Counted from the first letter of the stretch, positions 1 to 10,255 are shown. The stretch: DNA of 64,000 nucleotides from a virus (IMGVR_UViG_3300036802_000112:64001-128000); one strand, 5' to 3'. Program-made: numbers and translations. Notes: generated from the sequence alone by a model not told the origin.

Positions 1-18
1 TTACATTACGATGAAAAT

Positions 19-642
19 ATGGATTCAGAAGAATTTAAGAAACGTTATGCAGGTCTATACCAAAAAGATACAGGCAAACGACTAGGTGAACGTTCTTTGC
101 GTAAAATCTTCAATAAGTTCATTCGTGAAGAACGAGTTGATTTCTTCACTGCTCACAACACATTCTCATTAGAAGATGTGTTCAGTATTGGTTTCGATAA
201 ATTTGTTTACACAATGGGTTGGACAAAACCAATGCATATAAAGCGTTGGAGAAACAACAAGGTTCGCATTGGTGTATGTTGCCATTGCAACGACCAATTC
301 GTACCACTAATCTTCCAGTACAACCAAGGGTTATGTAACAACTGTAAGCCTAAGTATTCAATCAAAGCGATTCGAAACTATATGATTACACAACTTGAAA
401 ACTCTAAACGCTATTACAAAGCAAAAGAAGATTTATTAATGGACTTCTATATTGTATTCTACAATGACCAGAAGTTACGAGAGTTATTCTTAGTAGGTTC
501 TGAGTTTGCGAAAGAGTATGAGTCTATGGATGTAGAGGTTCCTGCTTGGGCGAAAGACAAACGACTTGGAGGAGATCGAGATGGAGAATCTGAAATCGGT
601 AGTGACTCGAATGATGATTCCGGAGCTTTACGCACTACGTGA
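19..642 (+). CDS. Hypothetical phage protein with a CxxC/CxxC Zn ribbon
   Basis: 207-aa ORF containing CCHC...CNNC. Confidence 0.6.
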   Translation: MDSEEFKKRYAGLYQKDTGKRLGERSLRKIFNKFIREERVDFFTAHNTFSLEDVFSIGFDKFVYTMGWTKPMHIKRWRNNKVRIGVCCHCNDQFVPLIFQYNQGLCNNCKPKYSIKAIRNYMITQLENSKRYYKAKEDLLMDFYIVFYNDQKLRELFLVGSEFAKEYESMDVEVPAWAKDKRLGGDRDGESEIGSDSNDDSGALRTT

Positions 643-1009
643 CGGAACGGTTGTGACAGAAAAAGTTTTTGCACAAGCTTTAGCTGATAAAGGATTGGAA
701 GTTAAAACAGATGAAACATTGAAGTGTAAATACGTCAATGTCACTATTCGCCAAGATGAATTAGGTAATATTATTCAAGAACCAGATATTAATCTCGAAG
801 AAGAAGAACTGAGGCAAGTATTGAACTCTCTTGAATCTAGTAATTTCTACAGTATTGGAGGTACATTAGATGCTACAAACGACACGCAATATCCACGAAA
901 TCGTAAATCCCGAAGGAAAAAAACTCACTCACGCACAGTGGCAAAAGAAAATCAGAGATTACGAAGAAAAGGAAGCAGCAAAAAGAACAGAAAGCGTAGA
1001 AACAAATGA
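581..1009 (+). CDS. Hypothetical protein
   Basis: GGAGGAG RBS before ATG 581; 3' end overlaps the next ORF by 140 nt. Confidence 0.5.
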   Translation: MENLKSVVTRMMIPELYALRDGTVVTEKVFAQALADKGLEVKTDETLKCKYVNVTIRQDELGNIIQEPDINLEEEELRQVLNSLESSNFYSIGGTLDATNDTQYPRNRKSRRKKTHSRTVAKENQRLRRKGSSKKNRKRRNK

Positions 1010-1127
1010 GTTGCGCCCTGGAGTGTGTGAGTGTGGTTGTTCTGATTTTCACTTACGCGCACTAAAGGGCGGAGTGATAGAAAGAATATGTAAGAACGAA
1101 GATTGCAAACAAAAAATACTATTATAA
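870..1127 (+). CDS. Small Zn-ribbon protein
   Basis: GGAGGT RBS; CECGC...CKNEDC motif. Confidence 0.6.
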   Translation: MLQTTRNIHEIVNPEGKKLTHAQWQKKIRDYEEKEAAKRTESVETNELRPGVCECGCSDFHLRALKGGVIERICKNEDCKQKILL

Positions 1128-1140
1128 GGCGGTAGTCAAA

Positions 1141-2040
1141 ATGACTGAAGTAAAAACAGAAGTAACACATACAGAAGAAGTAGAACAAATTGTAGTATTA
1201 CCTGATTTATACGCACCAACGAACGATATGATTCCGGTTGAAACAACATTCTCAGCTGCTATGAAGAATCGCGGATTTGGTTGGGAAGATTTAAACCTGC
1301 AATCTTTAATGCGTATTGTAAAACGTGATGCGGCAGAAGTAGTTCCAGCAGCAGGCGGAGAAAAGATTCGCCAAATGATTGCAAACACAATGGTATTCGA
1401 ATTACCTACTGATGTATTAACACAAATCTCTTATGAGAAGAACGTATTAAAAGAACCAACGTCGTTAGAAAATCTAGTAGCTTTAATTAAAGAGCACGCT
1501 TCATTATTATGTGCTGTTCGTTTAAAGGGTAGCGGTGAGACTCGCCTGCACAATAAACTTTCTTGTGCATTTGGTGGACATAGTGATGTAATCGACTATG
1601 CAACTGCGAAAGTTATTTTAGACCGAGCGGAAAACCAAGACGAAGAACGAGAAATCATTTCTTCATTCTTAGATATCGTCGTGCGAGCTGGTTGTGTAAG
1701 AGAACTATTGGAAGAATTACGAGTGGGTGTTGATACAGAAGCAAACAAACAACTATTCGAGAATTTAGTTAAAACAAGTATAATCCCATTCGGTATTATT
1801 AACTCTAGTGAAACGCCAGTTGAGAGTGTACACATGGGTATGACAAATGTACTAGCTGTTCCAGACCGCTTCGAATTAGAAGTAAATGAAACAGATAAGT
1901 TAGAAATGCGCCGATTCAAATTTAAAGATCTAGTAAAAGCAGAAACGTTCGAAGATTACACATTAGAAACTTGGACGAAGATTTCATTCAAAGAAGAATT
2001 AATGGATCAATACGCTTTAGCAATTTTACGTTCTATCTAA
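1141..2040 (+). CDS. Hypothetical acidic protein
   Basis: 299-aa ORF; no recognisable motif. Confidence 0.7.
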   Translation: MTEVKTEVTHTEEVEQIVVLPDLYAPTNDMIPVETTFSAAMKNRGFGWEDLNLQSLMRIVKRDAAEVVPAAGGEKIRQMIANTMVFELPTDVLTQISYEKNVLKEPTSLENLVALIKEHASLLCAVRLKGSGETRLHNKLSCAFGGHSDVIDYATAKVILDRAENQDEEREIISSFLDIVVRAGCVRELLEELRVGVDTEANKQLFENLVKTSIIPFGIINSSETPVESVHMGMTNVLAVPDRFELEVNETDKLEMRRFKFKDLVKAETFEDYTLETWTKISFKEELMDQYALAILRSI

Positions 2041-2077
2041 TGAAAAATAACAACATGGACTAGGAAGGTTGATTAAA

Positions 2078-2371
2078 ATGACAAAACAGACTACAATGAA
2101 TTTACAACAACTTCAAGGGATTGCTGAGAAGATTACAGGTATCGAACGTCCGAAAGATTTCAAAAATTGCCCAATTGAGTTTACAAAAGAAGAACAAGGC
2201 TTACTTGATGCATTAAAGCCAATCGTCGAGTACTTAGCTTACGATGAGTTATTCCGATTAAACCAAAAGGTATTGAATCACCATCATGTAGTCCTTAGCC
2301 CGCGTCAAAGCATGGAATTCAAAGATCGCTTGTACCAAGAGAAACACGGACAAGACGCATTGAAAAGATAA
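2078..2371 (+). CDS. Hypothetical protein
   Basis: ORF with AGGAAGG RBS. Confidence 0.6.
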   Translation: MTKQTTMNLQQLQGIAEKITGIERPKDFKNCPIEFTKEEQGLLDALKPIVEYLAYDELFRLNQKVLNHHHVVLSPRQSMEFKDRLYQEKHGQDALKR

Positions 2372-2504
2372 TCCCTTTGATGCAGGACGTTCATTTTATT
2401 TGGTATAGGAGTAGCGAAGAGGCATGAACGTTTATATGTAAAAGAAGTAAAAATGATAACTCTTTACTATTCCGTCCGCCCTCGCGCCTATATCAAATGC
2501 ATAC

Positions 2505-2535
2505 AAAAAGGCTATATGTAAATATAGTCTTTTTT
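2505..2535. terminator. Intrinsic terminator, possibly bidirectional
   Basis: AAAAAGGCTATAT-gtaa-ATATAGTCTTTTTT hairpin flanked by A and T tracts. Confidence 0.6.
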
Positions 2536-2538
2536 ATG

Positions 2539-2567
2539 TTGTCATCACTAAACAAATCTCGGATAAT
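2539..2567 (+). promoter_or_regulatory. Sigma-A-like promoter
   Basis: TTGTCA-17 nt-GATAAT upstream of ORF 2609. Confidence 0.45.
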
Positions 2568-2608
2568 AGGATTATAGTTTTTTATTCTTTTGTTAGGTGG
2601 TGATTAAA

Positions 2609-3022
2609 ATGGATTTGTCTACAATGAACCTTTCTGCTTTACCTTGGTATGCTACGGTTGCTATCGCAATATTCTCGTCACTATTAACATTTTTTAGCGC
2701 TCGCCTTACGTCGAAAGATAAGAAGGAATCGGATTTGTTAGCGCAAACTATGCAACGTCAAACACAATTAGATGAAGTACAAGCTAAAATGTTGGACGAC
2801 TTTAAGAGTGATTACGGTAGGTTACGTGATGAACTAGCTCTAGTAAGGCAGGAACAGTTCGAAGAGAAGAAAAAGAATAATGATCTCGAACGGAAGGTTG
2901 ATAAATTGACGGAAGAGAATGCGGAATTACGTCAGGAAAATCGTCGATTAAACAGCCTAGTGGAAAACCTAACGAACCAAATCGAAGAGTCAAAAAAAGA
3001 GAAAGAGAGCGCCAGGGAATAA
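2609..3022 (+). CDS. Membrane-anchored coiled-coil protein
   Basis: N-terminal hydrophobic helix (WYATVAIAIFSSLLTFF) followed by heptad-rich coiled coil. Confidence 0.65.
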   Translation: MDLSTMNLSALPWYATVAIAIFSSLLTFFSARLTSKDKKESDLLAQTMQRQTQLDEVQAKMLDDFKSDYGRLRDELALVRQEQFEEKKKNNDLERKVDKLTEENAELRQENRRLNSLVENLTNQIEESKKEKESARE

Positions 3023-3038
3023 CTGGCGCTCTCTTTTC
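3001..3038 (+). terminator. Intrinsic terminator
   Basis: AAAGAGAGCGCCAG / CTGGCGCTCTCTTT inverted repeat. Confidence 0.65.
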
Positions 3039-3089
3039 AAGTTCAAGCAAGTTATGTATAATGGTTTGAGAGGAAGAGAGGGAGAAGTA

Positions 3090-3818
3090 ATGCAAGTTAC
3101 AGGGCAATTAAAAGACATCAATAAATTACTAACAAAAGCAATTCAAGATTCATCGGCATTTATTTACATGGAGCCGCCTAACAAATCATTGATGATGGAC
3201 TTAGATGGAAATGGATATACATTCTTATCAAATGGTATATTCGTCTCGCATCCTATCGTTTTAAGTTATTCGGCATTCGTTAATTTAAAAACGATGTTAT
3301 CTTTATTTAGAAAGCAACAGAAGAATCATGGTAAAAAATTACCTAACTCTTCTACATTTACGATTACAAATAAAGATATAACACTTTACGGAAACGGAGA
3401 GTCAACATCATTAGAATACGAAACAAATGCAGTTGTGTTATCGTACGACAATCCAATGTCTCGTAGGTTAGCGTCTTTGTCTCAAGGATTACTCGGGAAT
3501 CAAACTGAGTTCATTAAGATGAATACGAATGATTTAAAACAGTATGTCATTAAATCTGAAAACAAAGGCAAAGAATATATACTCACAATCCGAGAAGGTG
3601 ATGTAGTATTTGATGGAACAGAAGTGAAATTCCCAATAGTTTCTAATATAACAGATGGGCATTTTATTATTCCGAAATCGGATTTGGATTACATACTTCG
3701 TGCCGGACATACAATCGCTTCGACAGAAGTTGCATTCATTTTGTCGAAGAAAATGATAGTGATAGAATTATATAGCGGAGAAGAGTTATTGTGCAAAATA
3801 CACAAAAGGCATCTATAG
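3090..3818 (+). CDS. Hypothetical protein, possibly sliding-clamp-like fold
   Basis: About 240 aa with a clamp-like alternating beta/alpha pattern in a replication gene cluster; weak resemblance only. Confidence 0.35.
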   Translation: MQVTGQLKDINKLLTKAIQDSSAFIYMEPPNKSLMMDLDGNGYTFLSNGIFVSHPIVLSYSAFVNLKTMLSLFRKQQKNHGKKLPNSSTFTITNKDITLYGNGESTSLEYETNAVVLSYDNPMSRRLASLSQGLLGNQTEFIKMNTNDLKQYVIKSENKGKEYILTIREGDVVFDGTEVKFPIVSNITDGHFIIPKSDLDYILRAGHTIASTEVAFILSKKMIVIELYSGEELLCKIHKRHL

Positions 3819-3825
3819 CAATATG

Positions 3826-3843
3826 TTGTTATAAGTAAAGTGA
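3826..3843 (+). promoter_or_regulatory. Conserved phage promoter motif, copy 1
   Basis: TTGTTATAAGTAAAGTGA, intergenic, upstream of an RBS. Confidence 0.75.
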
Positions 3844-3889
3844 ATGGAGAGATGTTTCTCTATTCATTATTTTTGAGGAGTGATAGGAG

Positions 3890-4420
3890 ATGTGGAAAGT
3901 AGTCGATTTCTTTGATAAAAACCCAAACGCATCTATTATAGAAGCGGCAAGTTTTTTTGAAGAGGAGCTAGAAATCAAGAAACAAACAACAGCGTTAAAG
4001 GATGAGAGTAGAATCATTGCGAACGCTCGTATGCAAATACGTCCATTATATGCAAAGAAGAAAGATATTGAAGAACAGATGATGTTCATCATTTCTACTA
4101 ATATCGATGTGGAAGTATTTGTTAAATATCCACCTCGAAAGGGCTCGAAAGAAGAACGAGATAAATATCGAGATGAACTGAAACAAGCTAATGTAGAATA
4201 TCAAGAGTTGACAAAACAACTCAAAGACGTCAATATTCAATTAGAGGAGTTAAATGACGAAATGAGCAATGCAGAACGAGATGCAAAGAACGCTCGTCGT
4301 TTAACAGAAATCTTCAATGGTTATATGCAATTAATCATGGCGTATAGAAATGTTCCGATTCCAGTTACGCAGACACAAACTGCTTCTGCACCTGTATCGG
4401 GCAATAGAGAATTATTTTAA
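3890..4420 (+). CDS. Coiled-coil protein, possibly UvsY-like recombination mediator; C-terminus ELF
   Basis: Helical coiled coil near SSB and RuvC genes; ends NRELF. Confidence 0.45.
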   Translation: MWKVVDFFDKNPNASIIEAASFFEEELEIKKQTTALKDESRIIANARMQIRPLYAKKKDIEEQMMFIISTNIDVEVFVKYPPRKGSKEERDKYRDELKQANVEYQELTKQLKDVNIQLEELNDEMSNAERDAKNARRLTEIFNGYMQLIMAYRNVPIPVTQTQTASAPVSGNRELF

Positions 4421-4439
4421 TCGAAAGTAGGGAATTATT

Positions 4440-4805
4440 ATGGCAATCGAAAAAGTATTTGTAAAAGACACATTTGACACAAAAGGATTTTTACTAGAAG
4501 CAGTAAACGAAGCGTTAGGTAAAGCGAAGAAAGAACCTTTCGTAAATTACGAAGCACTAGGAAAAGCATTAGGCTTAACTGAATTGCAGTTAGAACGTGC
4601 TGAGAAATTACACAAAGAAAAAACAGTTGCTCAATTAGAGACATCTGTAGCTGACACTTTACTAGAAGGTAAAGCTGTTGAGTTCAAAGGATTCGTTCAA
4701 TTGTATGTACAAAAATCAGCAAAACGTCTGAACAAGGTGGACAAACCTTTAGAACGATTAGCGATTAGAAACCGTGTAGGATTCAAAGGCCGCTTAAATA
4801 AATAA
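4440..4805 (+). CDS. HU/IHF-like DNA-binding protein (divergent)
   Basis: VADTLLEGKAVEFKGFVQLYVQKSAKR resembles the HU core ITEALxxGxKVxLxGFGxFxVxxRxAR. Confidence 0.55.
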   Translation: MAIEKVFVKDTFDTKGFLLEAVNEALGKAKKEPFVNYEALGKALGLTELQLERAEKLHKEKTVAQLETSVADTLLEGKAVEFKGFVQLYVQKSAKRLNKVDKPLERLAIRNRVGFKGRLNK

Positions 4806-4810
4806 GTTTT

Positions 4811-4845
4811 AAAAGATGGAGACATTGCGTTCTCCATCTTTTTTC
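4811..4845 (+). terminator. Intrinsic terminator
   Basis: AAAAGATGGAGA / TCTCCATCTTTT stem plus T tract. Confidence 0.7.
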
Positions 4846-4891
4846 ATTAGAATAAAAGATATGCTTCTTGAAGTTGAAGGGATAGAATAAG

Positions 4892-5293
4892 ATGAGTAAA
4901 GTGTATTACACAGTAGAAGAAGTAAAAGAAAAGTGTCAAGAAAACGGATGGCTCAAAATTGGAGGGTATGACTTTCAAGATGATCCGGGGATGGAATCGG
5001 ATTATAAATACGGTCTAAAGACATGTGGTTCAATCAAAGAATTAGAAAGTAAACTCGGTTCTGGTGGTTGGGGTATTCGTTCTGCATTTGCGTATGACAG
5101 ACTACTCTTTGTTAATCAAGTCAATGGTGGTGACGAATGGTGGACATGTTACAAACATGAGGATGGTCGTATTGAGGACTTTGAATCCATCACGTTTTAC
5201 AGCATCATCGAAAGAGGCGACTTTGCAAAACTAATAGAGCGTCTACTAAAAGGCCCTAATAATTATTGGGAAAGAGATCAAAAAGAAGCTTAA
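4892..5293 (+). CDS. Hypothetical phage protein
   Basis: 133-aa ORF with RBS. Confidence 0.65.
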   Translation: MSKVYYTVEEVKEKCQENGWLKIGGYDFQDDPGMESDYKYGLKTCGSIKELESKLGSGGWGIRSAFAYDRLLFVNQVNGGDEWWTCYKHEDGRIEDFESITFYSIIERGDFAKLIERLLKGPNNYWERDQKEA

Positions 5294-5317
5294 TTAAAAA
5301 CTAGGAGGAAAATAAAA

Positions 5318-6223
5318 ATGACTAACACAAATGTTGAAGAAAAAGTAAACGAGGTAGCAACACAAGAGGAAGCAGAGAAAAAGCAATACGAGGTTGCCGA
5401 TCAACAAGGTGGAGGATTAGAATTAGACCTTACAGCTTTCGGATTCTCTGCTGAGGAATTAGGAGGGTTATCTGGTTTAAATGAGTTAAACCCAACGGAT
5501 ATCACAATTCCTTATGCATCTATGACTAAGAAAATTAAAACGGATTACGCATTGGGTGATTTCGAATTTGCTGATGGAACAAAAGTTGCATTAGGTGACG
5601 AAGAAACAACGATTGATAATATCTCAATCCTACAAGTAATGAACGTTCGTGTAATGTTCCCTGATAAATTTAAAGCATCCAATTCATTTATCTGCCGTTC
5701 ATTAGATGGGAAAGTTGGAGCGAAGGGATCTGAATATGAAGGTCGTAGCTGTGACACTTGTGAATTCTCTAAGTATCCAGAAGAAGGCGGAGCTTCACCA
5801 TGTCGTGACCAACGCTTATTATTATGCGCTAGAGAAGATGGTAGCATGTTCCACTTACAAGTTCATGGTGTAGATATCAAAGAGTGGAAATCATTCTTGA
5901 GCTCTCAAATTATGCACTTACTTCCTATCGTTAAGCGTAAATTAGGAGTTGAAATGATTGGAGCAATAAAAGTTTCAATCAGTTGCAAGATGGTTACTAC
6001 AGAGTACGGACCATTCCCTGCATTACGATTCAAAGTAGATCCAAAAGATGCATTCTTTGATAACGACACAATTCTTCGTAATGCTCAATCTCTAAGTTCT
6101 TACAATAACTTCTACAAACAAGAAAGCTTAGAGTCTGCGGCACATCAAACACAAGCGAATATGGCAAACGGTGGAGATGTTGTTTCAGAACAAGGAGAAG
6201 GAAAGAACAAAGAATTATTCTAA
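5318..6223 (+). CDS. Probable phage single-stranded DNA-binding protein with Zn site
   Basis: CRSLDG...CDTC...PCRDQRLL Cys pattern typical of a phage SSB-like family; flexible tail ending ELF; next to RuvC and DinG. Confidence 0.55.
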   Translation: MTNTNVEEKVNEVATQEEAEKKQYEVADQQGGGLELDLTAFGFSAEELGGLSGLNELNPTDITIPYASMTKKIKTDYALGDFEFADGTKVALGDEETTIDNISILQVMNVRVMFPDKFKASNSFICRSLDGKVGAKGSEYEGRSCDTCEFSKYPEEGGASPCRDQRLLLCAREDGSMFHLQVHGVDIKEWKSFLSSQIMHLLPIVKRKLGVEMIGAIKVSISCKMVTTEYGPFPALRFKVDPKDAFFDNDTILRNAQSLSSYNNFYKQESLESAAHQTQANMANGGDVVSEQGEGKNKELF

Positions 6224-6237
6224 GTTCTATCTCAACT

Positions 6238-6273
6238 CACCACCGCCCTTTGTGGGTGGTGGTGTTTTATTTT
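6238..6273 (+). terminator. Intrinsic terminator
   Basis: CACCACCGCCC / GGGTGGTGGTG stem plus T tract. Confidence 0.7.
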
Positions 6274-6286
6274 AGGAGGACGCATC

Positions 6287-6982
6287 ATGATTGCAATGAC
6301 TTTTGACTTATCTAGCACATGCATTGGTGTAACATTCGCACAAATAGGCAAAGCTAGAAATATTAAATATGGGAAGACTCTTCCTATTGTTCCAGTTAAA
6401 CCTACAGGATTAGATGTTGGATATACAACAAAACAACCAAAGAAGATAACAGCAAGAGGTAATACATATTCAGCGTTCCTTAAACCAGGGGAGATTCTGA
6501 TTTCTAAAGCAGAAGCAGAAAAACGCAAAAAAGATTTCAAAAACCTATCGCATAATTTCTTATTGCGAAACATAGGAGAACAATGTGGGAAGTTCTTAAA
6601 TCAAATTAAACCAGATGTTGTAGCAATAGAACAAAATAAAGCTGGCGGATTTAACGGAGTGCTAACAACGAAACTTCTTTCTGAAATAGCTGGCGGTATT
6701 TATTTTTATTGTGGAGCGCAGGATATGCCATTATACGACTGGGATGAGTCCACAGTACGCGCTAAGATACGAAGGGATATAAAGGCATTCGACAGAACGA
6801 GAGATGGTTCTGAAGGGAATGAGGTGGCTCTAGATACGAAGTGGGAAATTTACTGTAGACTTCGGGAGTATTTCACAACGCATCATAAAGGTATATTTGA
6901 TTTTACAAACATGACATTTGATGAATCTGATTCATTGGCAATCTTTTATTATTTATACACAACCGTTATTAAAGGAGAATAA
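6287..6982 (+). CDS. RuvC-like Holliday junction resolvase
   Basis: N-terminal FDLSSTCIGV, central PDVVAIEQ and C-terminal DESDSLAI acidic catalytic motifs. Confidence 0.8.
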   Translation: MIAMTFDLSSTCIGVTFAQIGKARNIKYGKTLPIVPVKPTGLDVGYTTKQPKKITARGNTYSAFLKPGEILISKAEAEKRKKDFKNLSHNFLLRNIGEQCGKFLNQIKPDVVAIEQNKAGGFNGVLTTKLLSEIAGGIYFYCGAQDMPLYDWDESTVRAKIRRDIKAFDRTRDGSEGNEVALDTKWEIYCRLREYFTTHHKGIFDFTNMTFDESDSLAIFYYLYTTVIKGE

Positions 6983-6985
6983 GAT

Positions 6986-9082
6986 ATGAGAGCAACTATG
7001 GACCTTGTGGAAGCAACATTTAAAGAAGATGGTATTTTATCGAAGAAGTTCGATGGGTATTCTGTAAGGCCGCAACAAGTCGAGTTATCAAAGAAGATTC
7101 AAGAGAGTTTACATGAAAAGCAAACTCTTCTTGGAGAAGCGCCGACTGGTGTAGGTAAATCATTAGCAGCATTAGTGCCGGTATACGAATATATTATGAA
7201 AACAGGTAAACCAGTAGTGGTTGTTACATCTAACATCGTCTTACAAGAACAATACTTTTACAAAGACATCCCATTATTACAGGAGTTATTCGGGTATGAT
7301 GCTTCTCCTACATTAATCAAAGGAAGAAGTAATTACCTTTGCCCTTTGAAGTATGTAGAGTACAAAGCAAGTAACGCAAACAAAAAAGCAGATCTAGACT
7401 TAACAAGCGAAATTATGGATTGGGTTAAGGTTACACAAACGGGCGATGTGTCAGAACTTTCTAGAGTTCCTGATGGATACACTTGGGGACAGTTCGCAGT
7501 ACAGAATAACTTCGAGTGCCTACGTAAACAATGCCCTTTGCTTGATAAGTGTTTCTATTACAAACAAAGAGCAAAGGTTCCAGCGTCTAAGTTGATTGTT
7601 TGTAACTACCATTATTATTTCAATGCACTAGAAACACCAGGATTACTACCTGACGAAATTGGTGCAGTGATTATGGATGAAGGTCACGAGATTGCACATA
7701 TCGCTCGTTCATTCCAAGAGAGACGATATAATAAGTACTCTATCCAAAACATTATGAATACGTATGCGAAAACGTGCCAGTTAGTAAAACAGCATCATAC
7801 ACAAATGGATGTTGATTCTCTTTTAGAAGATTTAGATTACACATCTATTAAATTCTCTCTCGATAATATGTTGATTGACCTATCGCATGTATTTAAACAA
7901 AAGCAACCACAAGGTCGTGATGCATGGGTAATCGAGACGAAGGAAGATAGAGCGTTAATAGAAGAAGTAATTAATCATCACATAAAAGAAGTGAAACGTG
8001 GTGAATCGTCAGTCTTACATTCCTTAATCGCATATGGTTTGCCTGATGATGAGAGAGCATCTTGGCATCATTTGTATTCCGATGCAGATGTTCGTCTTCA
8101 AACGGCAACAGAAAGTGTTTACGAGCAACTAGGAGAACATAGAATGTGGCTTGAAGCATTCGTGAGTGGAGAATTTGTTGAAGGTGACGATGAGAATGAA
8201 ATCATCCAGTGGATCCAAACGTCATCATCGCAAACAGAAATAGAACTCGTTTCTAAACCAACAAAAGCAAAAGGTATTACAGAAAATATCTTTGCAGATA
8301 ACAAAACTTTATATGGTAATACATCTATGGTAGCACCACCTAACACACCAGTTATTGTTTTATCTGCTACATTAACGGTAGGTTCTAACTTTGAACATAT
8401 TAAGAAGGATTTAGGGATTACCGAGAACTATGATGAATTAACAGTTACATCACCATTTGATTTAACAAGTAACATGCTATGGTATTTACCAAGTGATATC
8501 CCTGCCGGACCATCACAAGACCATCCTGAAGCTGCATTTAGATACATGAGTAAGATAGGTGAAACATTAGGAGGTAAAACATTATGCCTGTTTACATCAA
8601 ACAGAAATTTAGTGGCGGGTACGAACTACTTACGAAACGCTTTAGCAGGTAAAGGTATTGAAGTTATCAGTCAACAAGAATTACCGAAACAAAAGATTAT
8701 CAAACGGATGAAAGAAAATCCGAATGTAGTCGTTACAGCTACAAAGAGTTTCTTTACTGGAGTAGACATCCAAGGGCAAAACTTATCAGCTGTATTAATT
8801 GATAAAATTCCATTCCCGATGATAGGCGACCCAGTGAATGACCACTTAACGTCTAAACCTCATGGATTCTGGCGTTATGCTTTACCTGAGGCGATTATCA
8901 CACTCAAACAGGGTTTTGGTCGATTGAATCGTACATCGTCTGACAGAGGCATTGTAGCTGTTCTAGATGGACGTCTTTCTACATCGAATTATAAGAATGT
9001 GATTTTTGATTCATTTGATTTCGATGTATCAGCAACTCGTGATTGGGAAAGAGTAGAAGCTTATTTAAAAGAACTGTGCTAA
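6986..9082 (+). CDS. dinG: DinG/XPD-family Fe-S helicase
   Basis: RPQQ Q-motif, EAPTGVGKS, KGRSNYLC with Fe-S cysteines, DEGH, SAT, QGFGRLNR. Confidence 0.9.
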   Translation: MRATMDLVEATFKEDGILSKKFDGYSVRPQQVELSKKIQESLHEKQTLLGEAPTGVGKSLAALVPVYEYIMKTGKPVVVVTSNIVLQEQYFYKDIPLLQELFGYDASPTLIKGRSNYLCPLKYVEYKASNANKKADLDLTSEIMDWVKVTQTGDVSELSRVPDGYTWGQFAVQNNFECLRKQCPLLDKCFYYKQRAKVPASKLIVCNYHYYFNALETPGLLPDEIGAVIMDEGHEIAHIARSFQERRYNKYSIQNIMNTYAKTCQLVKQHHTQMDVDSLLEDLDYTSIKFSLDNMLIDLSHVFKQKQPQGRDAWVIETKEDRALIEEVINHHIKEVKRGESSVLHSLIAYGLPDDERASWHHLYSDADVRLQTATESVYEQLGEHRMWLEAFVSGEFVEGDDENEIIQWIQTSSSQTEIELVSKPTKAKGITENIFADNKTLYGNTSMVAPPNTPVIVLSATLTVGSNFEHIKKDLGITENYDELTVTSPFDLTSNMLWYLPSDIPAGPSQDHPEAAFRYMSKIGETLGGKTLCLFTSNRNLVAGTNYLRNALAGKGIEVISQQELPKQKIIKRMKENPNVVVTATKSFFTGVDIQGQNLSAVLIDKIPFPMIGDPVNDHLTSKPHGFWRYALPEAIITLKQGFGRLNRTSSDRGIVAVLDGRLSTSNYKNVIFDSFDFDVSATRDWERVEAYLKELC

Positions 9083-9116
9083 CGTACAGTTCTTTTTCTA
9101 TTTAGGAGGAGTAATA

Positions 9117-9497
9117 GTGGACGAAGAGAAGAAAGTTGAATTAGAAGTTGGGCAAACGTTATACATTCATGCGCGTTGGACGTTTCAGGTATCAGATAAT
9201 TTACGAGAATATGTTATCACTAACATCGATGATACAAATATTGATGTTAGCGAAAAGAACGGTAATTACGAAATGCGTCTTATTAGAAAAACTCTAAGTA
9301 AGCCAGGTATAGATATTAGTTATCAAGCTTACCTGACTGCTGAAGAGTATTGGGATGGAGTGAATAGAAAGAAAAAAACAAAAGAACTTCGTAAAAAAGT
9401 AACGAAGTATTTACAATCACTAGATTTAGAAGAATTAACAGCAATCGAAAAACAAATAGAAAAATTAAACCAAGGAGATGGAGGACAAGGACAATGA
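9117..9497 (+). CDS. Hypothetical protein
   Basis: AGGAGG RBS, GTG start. Confidence 0.65.
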   Translation: MDEEKKVELEVGQTLYIHARWTFQVSDNLREYVITNIDDTNIDVSEKNGNYEMRLIRKTLSKPGIDISYQAYLTAEEYWDGVNRKKKTKELRKKVTKYLQSLDLEELTAIEKQIEKLNQGDGGQGQ

Positions 9498-10255
9498 CAG
9501 AACAAAAACAAGTAAACTTAGAGGAAAGAATCCAAGAAACGGTAGCGCAAGTCTTCAATGATGGAACGGTAGAAAACTTAATTAAAGAGCGTTTAACACA
9601 AGGAGTCGATAAAGCTTTGGATCATGCACTTGGTTCGTATGGCGATGTAACGAAAATGATTGAGAAGCAAATTAAATCAGTATTAGTTCCGTACTTAGAG
9701 AGCTATGACTATTCAAGTTATATTGTGAAATTAGATGATGTGTTAACAGAAGTTCTGACTCACGCAACATTAGATAACAAGAAGATGCTAGAGAATTTCC
9801 AAACATTAATGATTCCTGAAAAAGATATGAAGCGAATTAAAATGTCTGAGCTATTCGAGAGATGGATGAAGTATGTAGAAGGGAATGTAGAAACAGATGG
9901 CCTTGAAGTTGTTTATGATGATGAACCTACTTATGAATATGTAGGGGTAAGATTCGAAGTGAAGAAGGAAGATAAAGAACGTTGGTCTTCTATTCAATAC
10001 GCTACAATCATATTTGAATGTGACCATGACGAGGAAATGAATTTCATCGTTAAAATCCATCAATGGGACTACGATAAAGAAGGTTGGAAAATTGACTACG
10101 ACAGAATACCTGATATGAGTTCTTTACGCTATATCAATGAATTTGATGTTTTCCTTATGAAGTTAAAACAACAACACATCGACCTTATCTTGGATGAAGA
10201 AGAAGGAAGTGAAGAAGTAGAACCAGAACAAAAACCAGAAGCTACGTTCGAATAA
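9494..10255 (+). CDS. Hypothetical acidic phage protein
   Basis: 253 aa; ATGA overlap with the upstream ORF. Confidence 0.7.
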   Translation: MTEQKQVNLEERIQETVAQVFNDGTVENLIKERLTQGVDKALDHALGSYGDVTKMIEKQIKSVLVPYLESYDYSSYIVKLDDVLTEVLTHATLDNKKMLENFQTLMIPEKDMKRIKMSELFERWMKYVEGNVETDGLEVVYDDEPTYEYVGVRFEVKKEDKERWSSIQYATIIFECDHDEEMNFIVKIHQWDYDKEGWKIDYDRIPDMSSLRYINEFDVFLMKLKQQHIDLILDEEEGSEEVEPEQKPEATFE

